Shown piece by piece: positions 35,201 to 46,968 of a stretch of 64,000 nucleotides of DNA. Each line of letters opens with the position of its first letter. Within the stretch, counting starts at the first letter, position 1. The translations under genes and the position numbers were made by a program. Where the stretch lies: positions 15,252,001 to 15,316,000 of the forward strand of contig JBHGNT010000005.1 of assembly GCA_043228905.1 (NCBI GenBank). The letters are read 5' to 3'. The notes below the pieces were generated by a model, which was not told the DNA's origin, did not search any database, and saw only the letters and a program-made list of their open reading frames with translations. Source of the stretch: Azolla caroliniana. Taxonomy: Eukaryota > Plantae > Polypodiophyta.

Positions 35201-38014
35201 ATACGAAGACATGCGAGGACTCGACCCTCAGTTATACCAGCATCAGGTTCACTTGAGCAAGGACGCAAAACCAGTGGCACAAAGACGGTACCGGATGAAT
35301 CCCCATTATGCCGCCAAAGTTAAGGAGGAAATCGACAAATTGCTAAGAGTTGGCTTTATCCGTCCGGTAAAGAAAGCGATATGGCTGAGCCTGATCGTAG
35401 TCGTACCGAAGAAGAACGGAAAAATTCGAGTTTGTGTGGACTACTGGAAACTCAATGCAGCTACGGTAACGAATGCGTTTCCACTTCCGTTCACAGATGG
35501 AGTGTTGGATGCCGTCGCCGGCCATGAGGTCTATAGCTTCCTAGACGGATTCAACGGGCATAATCAGATCCGGATGCACCCCAACGACCAAGAGAAAACG
35601 GCTTTCGTCACCGAATGGGGGGTGTTTGTGGCCATGGTGATGATGTTCGGACTCAAAACGGCACCGACAACATTTCAACGAATCATCATGGAAATCTTTG
35701 GTGAATATATTCCAGCTTTTATGCAGGTTTTCCTTGACGATTTCGCCGTCTATAGCCGGGAGGAGGACCATTTTCAGCACCTCCGTCTTTGTCTAGAAAA
35801 GTGTAGAGCGTACCGGCTAAGCTTGAATCCGGCAAAGTGTGTATTTGGCGTGTCCAGTGGAACTCTATTAGGACATATTGTGACCAGGAAGGTATTGCAG
35901 TCGACCCGAACAAAGTGAAAGCCATATTAGAAGCACCGGCGCTGGCAACGGCAAAGGCATTAAGCCGGTTCTTAGGCCAGATCCGGTGGCACAGCCGGAT
36001 GCTTCGACACTTGGCCGACCTGGCTACACCGTTGCATGCCGCCGTACATCGGACACCATTCCAGTGGACCGACACCGAGGATAGGGCGCATAGGGCCCTC
36101 AAGGTACTATTGTCGCAAGCACCGGTAGTGCAGCCTCCGGATTGAAGTAAAGAATTTCATGTGTTCGTGGACGCCTCCGACATCGCAATCGGAAGCGTAC
36201 TGATGCAGCTTACGGAGCCAAAGTGGTACTGGCCAGTGTACTATGCCAGCCGAAAGCTATCCCAAGCAGAATGGAACTACTCTACCACAGAACGGGAAGC
36301 TCTAGGGATGATCTACAGTGTGACAAAGTTTCGGCATTATTTATTGGGAAGGAAGTTTTCCTTCCATGTAGACCATTCGACACTCCTTTACTTGGTGTCC
36401 AAAGCGTCACTCACTGGCAAATTGGCCCGGTGGACCTTACTGTTACAGGAATTTGAGTTTGAAATATTCCACCGGCCCGGTATACAGCATGCTGTGGCGG
36501 ATTACTTAAGCCGATTAGAGTCCGGAGAGACGGGTGACGGAGTAGCCGATGAGTTTCCGGATGCCGAGCTGTTTCGAGTCACTACGGAAACGGCAGCAGA
36601 TGAGACGGTGGCACAGGAAGACAAGTGGCTCACAAACATGCACCAGTTTCTGAGCACAAGACTGCCTTCGGAAGAGATGAACCGGGACGAACGGAAACGC
36701 ATGGCGGTGCAAAGCCAACATTTCTACTTACTGCAAGACACACTTTACCACAAGGGCGCGGACGACATATGGAGATGGGCTGTGCGCAGCGATGAAAAGG
36801 ACCTGATATTGAGGGAAGCTCACTGCGGAGTTGCCGGAGGTCACTATGCCAAAGATACGACGGCCAAGAAAATATAGCAAAGTGGCCTATGGTGGCCAAC
36901 GACATTAAGAGATGCGGTACGGTACGCAAAAGAATGTGACCTATGCCAGCGAATGGGCAAGCCAACGAAGTAGGCTCGTATGCCACACCAGCCGGTACTA
37001 CCACTCGAGCCATTCCAGAAGTGGGGGTTGGACTTTGTTGGACCGTTCAAACCACCAGCAATGAGAACGGGTAATCGATACGTCATCGTCGCGACGGATT
37101 ACTGCACAAAATGGGTGGAGGCCAAAGCCTTAAGAGACAACACCGCTGCGTCAACGACGAAATTTCTATACAAGTACATCTGGTGCCGTTACGGATGCCC
37201 AATCGAATTAATAAGCGACCAAGGGGGGCACTTTCTCGACTAAGTAGTTGAAAGCCTGACGACATTCTATGTCATTGTCCATAAACGGAGCACACCTTAC
37301 TATCCGCAAGCGAACGGGTTAGCGGAATCGACGAACAAAACGCTCCAGAATATCCTCCGGAAGGTCGTCAACGAAAACCGAACGGATTGGGATACCAAGC
37401 TACATAGCGCGCTTTGGGCATACCGGACGACATACAAAACGAGCATCCGAACAACACCGTTCCGGTTAGCGTTCAGACTAGAGGCGGTAATGCCGGTGGA
37501 ATTCCAAGTACCCAGCTTACGGATCCAGCTACGGGAACGGCTGAACGAGAAGGAGTCGGAGGCAATACGGTTAACAGCACTGTGTGAACTCGAGGAACAA
37601 CGACTGGCAAGCATCCTGCACTTAGAATTAGAACAACGGCGACGAAAAGCATTTGTCGATCGGCACAGGAAAGGAAACGAAAAAATGTTCGCAATCGGCA
37701 AACCGGTGTTAGTATTTCAGACCCAGATGGGCAAGATGCCGGGTAAACTACGGTTTAGATGGACCGGACCGTATTGGCTAACACGTGAGTATAATGGGTC
37801 CTACCAGTTAGGGACACTTGCCGGCGAACTGCTAGGAAAATGGGTCAACGGATTCCGATTGAAGCCATATAGAGGACCGATGCCCAAGAACCCATTTGAG
37901 CAAAGGACCGACGCCATTGAGGGAAACGGCAACCACCAAGACAACAGAGACGGCGAGCCGGTAACTGGGGAGAATGAGGCCGGTAAGGGTCTGATAGGAC
38001 CAACGGACAAGTAA
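32229..38014 (+). pseudogene. gag-pol: Gypsy gag-pol with several stops and frameshifts
   Basis: Retrotrans_gag-like RQEAGESIPQFVIRF; three CCHC knuckles; protease IIDGGSGVNVI; RT FLDG...FGLKTAP...FLDDF; RNase H DASDIAIG; integrase WGLDFVGP, SDQGGHF, FRWTGPY. Confidence 0.93.
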
Positions 38015-38375
38015 CGTCACACTAACAGAAAATAAAAAACGAAGTAATCATGCAAAAGCGAGGAATGAATGGACGAAAGAGCGAGGAGCGAAAAGGTACG
38101 TAGTGGGCATTTAAAGCGCCACCACAGGACATAGTGCTATTTTAGTACACGACGTGCACACACTCGAAAAAGGCGCTAGAATGCACAGAGAAAAACCACT
38201 GCGCGTGGAAACCCTCTACTTTCGAGAACCCAGGAGCACAGAAGCACCAAGGCGTTGCAAGATCATCAGACGAGAACCTACGCACAGAGAACCCCCGCTA
38301 TCTGAACTCTCTCTCTTTCAATCTCACTCTCATCACCATCCAACCTCGCCACCGCAATCCGACCTCGACACAGAC

Positions 38376-40802
38376 ATGGACCCACAAATGCTGTCGGAGG
38401 CCGCCAAGACATGGCTAAAGCAACACGGGCTCGAGGGCTTCTTGATGATGATGGAAGTACCGCCACACAAAGAAGCCGACAAGGTGATCAAAGAAATCAA
38501 CACAGAGGTCATAACGGCGGAGGCGATTCGAGCGTTAACAGGCCTTCCGGAGGGAGGCATACTCACGATTGACAATCCGACCCCGGAGCAACTCATCAGG
38601 TATTTTGGTGAGTACTCCCTAGCCAGCAAGGGCTACCGGACACAGGGTGGCGGAGATATGCTGTTCCGCGAGATTGCTCGTGTGCTCCACGAATACGGCC
38701 ATGTGTACCCTAGACCCCCTGTCATGCCGCAGAACCGGGCAGGGATGATCATCGCCACCTATGAAGGTATCAAGGTGGATTGGCCGGTATTGATCGCAGA
38801 CGGGTTGTGTGCGGCGATCGAGATCGTCAGAGGCAAAGACGACAAAGAAGGCCGAGACGGACGGAGGATATGGCACGCCGTAACGCAGTGGCTCACCTTG
38901 CTTGTGCCACCCGTCCAACCCAAGAAGCGAGGAAGAGTGGCGGACGACACCCCAAAGACGGCTTCCAAAAGACAACACCGGAACCGGAATTAGAAGCCCC
39001 AACACCACCGGCAACACCGGCAAGTCCCATCCCGCCAGAGTCAGAAAAGTCAATGCAGCCTCCCTCAGCCAACCAAGAAGAAGCGCAAGGGGAACCAGGA
39101 CAGCAGGGTAGTCCACATGCAGAAACGAAATTGCAACTCGACGCAATCAGGCGGGACCACCCATCTACAAGTGAGCCCATCCGTCAAACCTCTGGGCAAA
39201 CACAACAACAAGGCACTGGTAGCCTGTGGCTCCGGTGGGTAGTCGAACAGATTGCCGGAGCAGTGGGATATATTGAGGCGGAAGAAAGAGCGCAAAGCGA
39301 ACGGTTGCTCGTCACAACCGAACAACTAGAGACGGCCCGGTCCAGAATCCGGTGCCTTAAAAAAGATTTGGATCAGGTCACGACGAAGATGGCCAAAATG
39401 GCCTTAACGGCAACACAGATCCAATCACCGGTGACTCCGGTAAGTGTACAGAATAAAGAAACGGATCGACCTGTACATACCAATAAGACCCCGGCAACGG
39501 AAACCGTTCCGGCGAGAGATGCGGCGCAAGCCCAGGAGCTTGCGGAATTGAGAGATGAACTTGCCGCACAAGAAGCGCTAAGGAGCTGTGAACGGGAATT
39601 GAAGACAGCGGCCGAAGCCAAATTGAGGAAGACTGTTGAGAACCTCCATCGGGCAGAGGAGAGCCTCCGGAAAGGCCATCAAGCGTACGACCGGCTAAGG
39701 GAGGAAAAAGACAAAGTGCTGCAGGAAAAGGACAAGCTTCGGAAGACGGCGGAAACGGAAATTGAACGGCTAAAGGAAGAGCTCCGCCAACAGAAGGACC
39801 GCGAGGACCGGGCCCGTCGACAAATCAACGCACAGCTCAAGCAAAAGACAGATGATTTTGAGCACCTACATCGGGACTACAAACGGCTGGAAACGGAGCA
39901 TAAGGAATGGATGGCCAAGCTCCAGCAGGAAGTTGATCGGGCCGCGACGGCGATCGCCGACGAACGTGCGGAAAATACAAGACCCTTGGACGAGGCGGAG
40001 AAGGTCCGGATCGAGTTCCAGAGGCAGCAGCAGGAAGAAAAGGAGAGAGCGTCAACGGTATTGCAGAAATTACAAAGCACATATCAAAGGCAATTGACGC
40101 ATTACAAGGAGCAGGCGGAAGACAACGTCAAAATCATCAAGCAACTAAAGGAGGAACGACAAGCGGCAGAAACCAAATCGCAATTGGGAACGGGCCGGAT
40201 TTAGTCCATCCTTCGGGCATGGCTGAATCAGACAAAACACTTGATTGACAAAAGCTCCGTAAGATAGTGGACAAAGTGGGCATAAAAACGCGGCAGAACT
40301 CCAATTGCTACTGGCAGACGTGGCAAACCGGCGGAAGGAAGGAGATGATTGTTATATGTTGACTTCCGAGGACTTCACCGCCATACGGGACGAGCTGGCC
40401 GACGACTTCCAAGTCCTGGCGGATGAACAGCTGGCGCAAGTCAGGCAACTCGTAGCTCAGCTAGACGATGATAGGCTGGACGCTCAAATCCAGTTTAAAA
40501 GCTACGAGCGGTCCCGGGTTCGGGAAGAAAAAGCACGGGCAGCGACAATGGTTAACCTTAGTGATGAGGAACCGTCGCCAGCCAAGGGCCAGCCCGGAAC
40601 CAGTCAACCGGAGACCACTACGACAGAGGGAGCAACAATGGAGACGCCGGTGTCAGAGCAACAAACGGAGAAGCAGCCGCAGCAGCCACCAATGGACCCA
40701 TCATAGCAGACATCAACAGAGCAGCAACAACAACAACCAATTACAGATGAACCATTGGAGACTCTCGAACAAAGCATTCTGGATATTTTGGACGAAGAAT
40801 AG
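38376..40802 (+). pseudogene. Accessory 3' ORF (about 800 codons when repaired): globular N-terminal domain, long coiled coil, conserved C-terminal domain
   Basis: ORFs 38154-38993, 38780-40204 and 40305-40706 join with two frameshifts and CAG/CAA-to-stop changes; E/K/Q/R-rich helical middle; homolog at 52586-52948. Confidence 0.8.
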
Positions 40803-43251
40803 CAAGGGTCGGTTGTGGATTCGACGTACAAGGTACTGTCCCACGGGCATGCCATGTGTTACCGGCCGGAAAAGGAGTCTAGAGTGTGAAACAGGGAGTT
40901 ACTTAATTAGTAGGAATGGTTGTAAGTAAGCTATGAGTGTGGACGGACGGACCGGAATCGGTATGCCGTTCTGGATCCGGACCGATCCTGAACAGGTGCG
41001 GATGGCACCGTTTTGTAATACAGACCGGAAACCTATTTAAAGGCCCGGATACAATGTAATGGATAGCGGTTATTTAATAAAGCTTAGTGTTGTTATCTCT
41101 CTGTGTTAATTGCCGTTCTGCCTTCATTGTTATATCTTACGCGTGTGATTATTAAAGACGATCATGCTAAGTAACCTAATTAAGTCGGATTAATCGTTGA
41201 GTCTAATCCTGTTGCCGTAACACCCCTTTGGTGAAGTGTCTTCCGTAGACACCCTATGTTAGGCCATTGTCCGGCCCTAAGAGTTAACATTGATTCTTTC
41301 TCCTTTGTCAATATACTTTTACCTTGCATATTCCTTGTCTATATCTCTCTCTCTCACACACACACACACAGTTCACACCTATTCCGCGTCACAAGAATCC
41401 ATCTCTTGATTCTTTACATGGTATCAGAGCGAGGTTGGTAGCTCGATCTAGCCCATTCGCCTCATCGTGATCATGTGTTGTGCTCCACGCCGACGACCAA
41501 GAACCGGCTCATCGCTATCGTAGCTTCGCTACATAGCTCGCATTCAAAGAGAGAAGAAGATGAAGAAGAAGAATCGACATAATGAATACTCAAATGGGGA
41601 GTGCTCTCCCTACCGAGAAGTTGGATCGAAACAACTTCGCATCTTGGGAGTACAAGATGCACCAATACCTTGTCGGACAAGGCTATTGGAGCTACATCAA
41701 AGGAGCACATGAAGACCGACCCGCCGAAGCGGCTCCCGGATACGCAACATGGGAGCAAGCCGCAAGCCGCGTGATGTATTGTTTGGCGACATGTGTTCAC
41801 GACCACATGCTCGGTTACATTCGAGAAGCCAAGACGCCGAAGGAAGCGTGGGAAAACCTACGAAAGATTTTCGCCGCCAACACGACCACAAGGAAGCTTC
41901 AACTCCACCAAGAGTTGAACAACATTCAACAAAGGGATACATCCATCACGACATACACCTTGAAGATCAAGGAGCTTTGCGACTCGCTCAGCTCAATAAG
42001 CGTAAGTATAGATGATGATGAGATGGTGCAATTATGCCTCGGTGGCCTCGCACCACGGTTCGGCGCGATGCGAACCGCCATTCTAGCACGGGAGAAATCT
42101 CCCTCCTTCTTCGAGCTCCAATCAATGCTATTGGTCGAAGAAAACCACGTGCGTACAAGGAGCAATGATTCGGAAGGCCACATGCTCTACACGCACTCTA
42201 ATGGAGGAAGAGGACACGGATGAGCGAGAGGCCGATTCGGCCAAGGACAAGGCGGACAAGGTCTGACCTACGACAACAACTCCCAATTTCGGCCGCAAAA
42301 CGGAGGCCAATGAGGAACCTTCACAAGAAGGGGGGGCTTCCACTCCAGCCCGAGCCGTCAAAACACAACCGAATGCGGATATTGCGGAAAGCTTGGCCAC
42401 CACGAAGAAGAGTGCCGAAAGAAGATGCGTGAATCCGCTTCCACAAGCCGACAAGTCACGAATTACGCGCACAATTCCGACTACGAAGAGTATAGCGGAA
42501 TGTACGGGCACAACTCCGACTACGAGGATTGTGGCGGAATGTACGCATATAACTCCGACCGTGGCGGAATGTTCATGATGAAACATAGAGAAAACTCTAT
42601 ATCGGCCTCTACCTCAACTAGTGCCCTCAATCCGGAGGACGTATGGTTTGTTGACTCCGGAGCCTCAAACCATATGACATCCCACAAAGAATGGTTCCTC
42701 AAACTTCGAGAGCCGGAGCGACCCGGTTATGTCGAAACCGGAGATGACACTACGCACCCGATTCGGCACATCGGCAATGTTCCGTTCGGCGAAAGAGGTA
42801 AGCAAACATATATTAAAAATGTCTTGCATGTTCCCACAATCACAAAGAATTTGGTCTCGGTCGGCCAAATGGTTGAGCAAGGGATGCAAGTACGATTCGA
42901 CCAAGAAGGGTGCTTCATCGAAAAAGAAGGCCGAATCATCGCACGCGGAAGAAGAGAGGGCCGGATATTCATTCTCGATTCGCATGAGATGAAATCCGCC
43001 ATGTTCGCGAAAAGCACGAAAGCCGACTCCGACATAGAACTATGGCATAAGCGAATCGGCCACATCAATCTCAACAAACTCAAAGCAATGAGATCGAAAG
43101 GAGTCATTATGAGACTCCCGACATTCAAAGAGAAGGAGATTGAAGGTGTATGCGAAGCGTGCCAATTCGGCAAGCAACACCGACACCCATTCCCGAAGGA
43201 GCAGAATGTGAGGAAAGGCATACTCGACGTAATTCATTCCGATGTATGGGG

Positions 43252-43529
43252 TGTCGGGAACTAAAAAATGCTCCTTATGCGCAATGCTCGGCCACAACCG
43301 AGCTTAGAATCATACACAGAAAACGGTGAAAGGATGCACGACACGAAGAAGAGAAGAGTGCACAGGATGTTTACGTGGAAAACCCAAACCAAGGGAAAAA
43401 CCACAGCAGCCCACAGGTTGCAAACTATCACTATGTTAGAACGTACAACAGTGACTTCACGGAGGCAACAACCTCGTGCTCACGATCTTCGCCACAAGCG
43501 GTGGTTACAACAGAGGCAATGACCTCTTC

Positions 43530-43562
<33 letters not shown>

Positions 43563-46500
43563 CACAGTTACACGCTCTGATCTCGCGCAGACAAGAATAA
43601 CAACAAGAACCCTAAAAGTTTGGCCTAAGTCATATTTATACTAATATGACTTTACGGCTATTTACGAATATAGCCTCGATGGGCTCTCAGAAACATATTT
43701 ACGAGTATGTCTCTTCATCCGGTGAGCACTCCTCACCGGGTCTTCACCATCCAACTCTCCGTAGTCGGGTACTCCTCATCCGGTTCTCACCGGGTCTGCA
43801 CCATCCGGCTCTCCGTAGCCGAGTACTCCTCATCCGGTTGTCATCGGGTCTGCACCATCCGGCTCTTCGTAGCCGGGTACTCCTCATCTGGTTCTCACCG
43901 GGGCTGCACCATCCGGCTCTCCGTAGCCGGGTACTCCTCATCCGGTTCTCACCGGGCCTGCACCATCCGGCTCTCCGTAGCCGGGTACTCCTCATCCGGT
44001 TCTCACCGGGCCTGCACCATCTGGCTCTCCGTAGCCGGGTACTCCTCATTCGGTTTCGGCCTCGGCCGAGTTTGTTCATCAACACTGTTCTTCTCCCTTC
44101 CAATCCAGAGGGATCTGTCTCCCTACAAACTCCCCCTTCACTACAGCATGAGGTATCTTACCAGTCCGATCCTCTTCCGACATGCATCCAGCTTGTCGGG
44201 TATCAGCACTTTAGTCAGCATATTTGACCCGTTCTCGGCCGTGTGGATCTTCATCAGTGCGAACTCCTGGTCATCTACTCTTTCCCGGATCCAGTGATAC
44301 CTTTGCTGGATATGCTTCGTCGGGGAATGGTAGGCCGCATTCTTAGCAAGGTGGATGGCACTTTGACTGTTGCAATAGAGTCGGTATTCATCTTGCCGGA
44401 TACCGAGCTCTCTGATGAAGTCCTTCATCCATAATATTTCCTTGCCGGCTTCCACAACCGCCATGTACTCCGCCTCAGTGGTTGACAATGCAATTGTCTT
44501 CTGCAGCCTCGACTGCCACGAGACAGCTCCCCCTGCATATGTCATTACATACCCGGATGTAGACCGGCTAGTATCCACATCAACCGACATGTCCGAATCG
44601 GTGAAACCGTCAAGTTGAGGTTTTCCGAAGCCAAATCGGAGACACATGTTTGATGTGCCCTTCAAATACCGGAGTATCCATTTGACCGCGTTCCAGTGTT
44701 CCTTGCCGGGATTGCTCATGAACCGGCTCACCACTCTGACTGCGTATCCTATATCCGGTCGAGTACACACCATTGCGTACATCAAGCTCCCGACGGCAGA
44801 GGCATATGGAATCTTCATCATATCCGCCTTCACTGCTTTCGTCTTCGGGCTTTGCTTACCGGATAGCCTGCAGTTTGCCGGAAGTGTCGATCTGACCGGT
44901 TTCGCATCTGACATGTTGAACCGGTGAAGCACCTTTGTCACATACTTCTCCTGTGACAGCCACAATTGCTTCACTGACCGGTTCCGGATAATATGCATCC
45001 CCAACATTTGTCTTGCCGAACCCAAGTCTTTCATTGAGAAGGACCGGTTGACGGCCTTCTTCAGCATCCGTATTTTGACTTGGTCCCGTCCGACGATCAA
45101 CATGTCATCCACGTACAGAAGGAGTATAAGGAAGTCGCCTCCTTCGAACTTCTTCACAAACACGCAGTGATCGGCCTGCGCCTTGTGGTACCCTTGATTG
45201 GTCATGAAGGAGTCAAACTTCTGGTACCATTGCCGGGGAGCCTGCTTCAGTCCGTACAGGCTCTTCTTCAACCGGCAAACCAGGTGCTCCTTCCCTTTCT
45301 CCACAAATCCCTCCGGTTGCTGCATGTAGATCTCCTCTTCGAGGTCGCCGTGAAGGAATGTCGTCTTCACGTCCGGCTGTTCTACCTCAAGGTCCATGCT
45401 TGCCGCTATACTCAGCACCGTCCGGATGGAGGTCATCTTTACTACCGGCGCAAATATTTCGTCAAAGTCCACGCCCTTTTTCTGCTGGAACCCCTTCACC
45501 ACGATCCTGGCTTTGTATTTGGGGGGTTACCGGCATCTCCCGGTTTCAACTTGTACACCCACTTGTTTCGGAGTGCCCGACTTCTCCCGGTTCTGGGGAC
45601 TACGGTTCCTTTGTCTTCCGCGTTCCGATTCGGTAAGGAGCGCTTTGGAGTCGAAGCTCGTATCTTTATCTTTCCGACGCGCCTCCTCATCTAGCAAGCT
45701 CGACTTTACTCTTGCTAGGGATAACCGCTTTCCTTTTGGCCCGGCGTTGCCCAAAGTGACAACTAGCGTCTCCCAGCTATCTGGGAGGGAACCGAGCAGG
45801 AGTAGCGCTAGTACCTCATCGGCGAGAGGTACTTCCAATGAAGTTGCCTGGTGGATCAGCCCCTGGAAGGTATTCATGTGCTCTGCCATGCTGGAGCCAT
45901 CTTGGTATCGGAGTCTTACTAGCTTCCGGAATACCGAAACTTGATTGACAACATTTTTATTTTGAAACATTATGTCGATCTTCTCCCAGAGCTCATGAGC
46001 CTTGCTCTCTTCATTGAAGTTGTTGTACAGGCTCATGTCGATGAAGCACCGTATGTACGCCGTTGTCTTCTTGTGCATCACCTCCCATATCGCCGCGTCG
46101 ATTTTGTCCGATCTATTGTCCCCGAACTGAACCAGCAGCTAGAGGTCTTTAACCACGAGCATGTCCCTCATCTTCGACTTCCACACCGAATAGTTGGAGC
46201 CGGTGAGCTTGAACATGCCTCCCAACGAATCGTCCATTTTCTGTGTCGTTTCGCTCTGATACCACTTGTCGGGCACTAAAAAACGCTCCTTATGTGCAAT
46301 GCTCGGCCACACTCGAGCTTAGAATCATACACAGAAAATGGTGAAAGGATGCACGACACGAAGAAGAGAAGAGTGCACAGGATGTTTACGTGGAAAACCC
46401 AAACCAAGGGAAAAACCACGATAGCCCACAGGCTGCAAACTATCACTATGTTAGAATGTACAACAGTGACTTCACGGAGGCAACGACCTCGTGCTCACGA

Positions 46501-46968
46501 TCTTCGCCACAAGCGGCGGTTACAACAGAGGCAATGACCTCTTCGTCTCTCTCTCTCTCTCTGTACACAGTTACGCGCTCTGATCTCGCGTAGACAAGAA
46601 TAACAACAACAACCCTAAAAGTTTGGCCTAAGTCATATTTATACTAATATGACTTTACGGCTATTTACGAATATAGCCTCGATGGGCTCTCAGAAACATA
46701 TTTACGAGTATGTCTCTTCATCCGGTGAGCACTCCTCACCGGGTCTTCACCATCCGGCTCTCTGTAGCCGGGTACTCCTCATCCGGTTCTCACCGGGTCT
46801 GCACCATCCGGCTCTCCGTAGCCGGGTACTCCTCATCCGGTTCTCACCGAGCCCGCACCATCCGGCTGTTCGTAGCCGGGTACTCCTCATCTGGTTTCGG
46901 CCTCGGCCAAGTTTGTTCATCAGCACTGTTCTTCTCCCTTCCCATCCGGAGGGACCTGTCTCCCAACA
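43252..46968 (-). mobile_element. Internally deleted Ty1/Copia element, family D, TSD TGGGG
   Basis: LTRs 43252-44127 and 46267-46968; PBS at 46253-46264; PPT near 44131; gag joined to RT at ~45580; RT-RNase H ORF 44141-45502; exact TSD. Confidence 0.95.
43732..44056. repeat. 54-bp tandem repeat in LTR D (6 copies here; 3 copies at ~46735-46897)
   Basis: Unit CTCCTCATCCGGTTCTCACCGGGTCTGCACCATCCGGCTCTCCGTAGCCGGGTA. Confidence 0.92.

Larger units (their letters stand above)
31744..41289 (+). mobile_element. Full-length non-chromoviral Ty3/Gypsy element (Athila/Tat-group-like) with an extra 3' ORF
   Basis: 433-bp LTRs 31744-32176 and 40857-41289; TSD TTGAG/TTGAT; PBS-like TGGCGACCA at 32184 (tRNA-Arg-like); order gag-PR-RT-RH-IN; no chromodomain. 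Confidence 0.96.

Noticed and set aside
38780-40204. Envelope gene or host myosin/SMC-like gene
   Set aside because: No signal peptide or transmembrane segment is evident, and it lies between pol and the 3' LTR without introns.
40843-40851. ACGGGCATG shared with the LTR W start (TGTTACGGGCATG)
   Set aside because: Only 9 nt between different lineages; may be chance.
43646-44297. Repetitive ORFs (SPGLHHPALRSRVLLIRF)n
   Set aside because: Translations of a stop-free 54-bp LTR repeat that is open in several frames.
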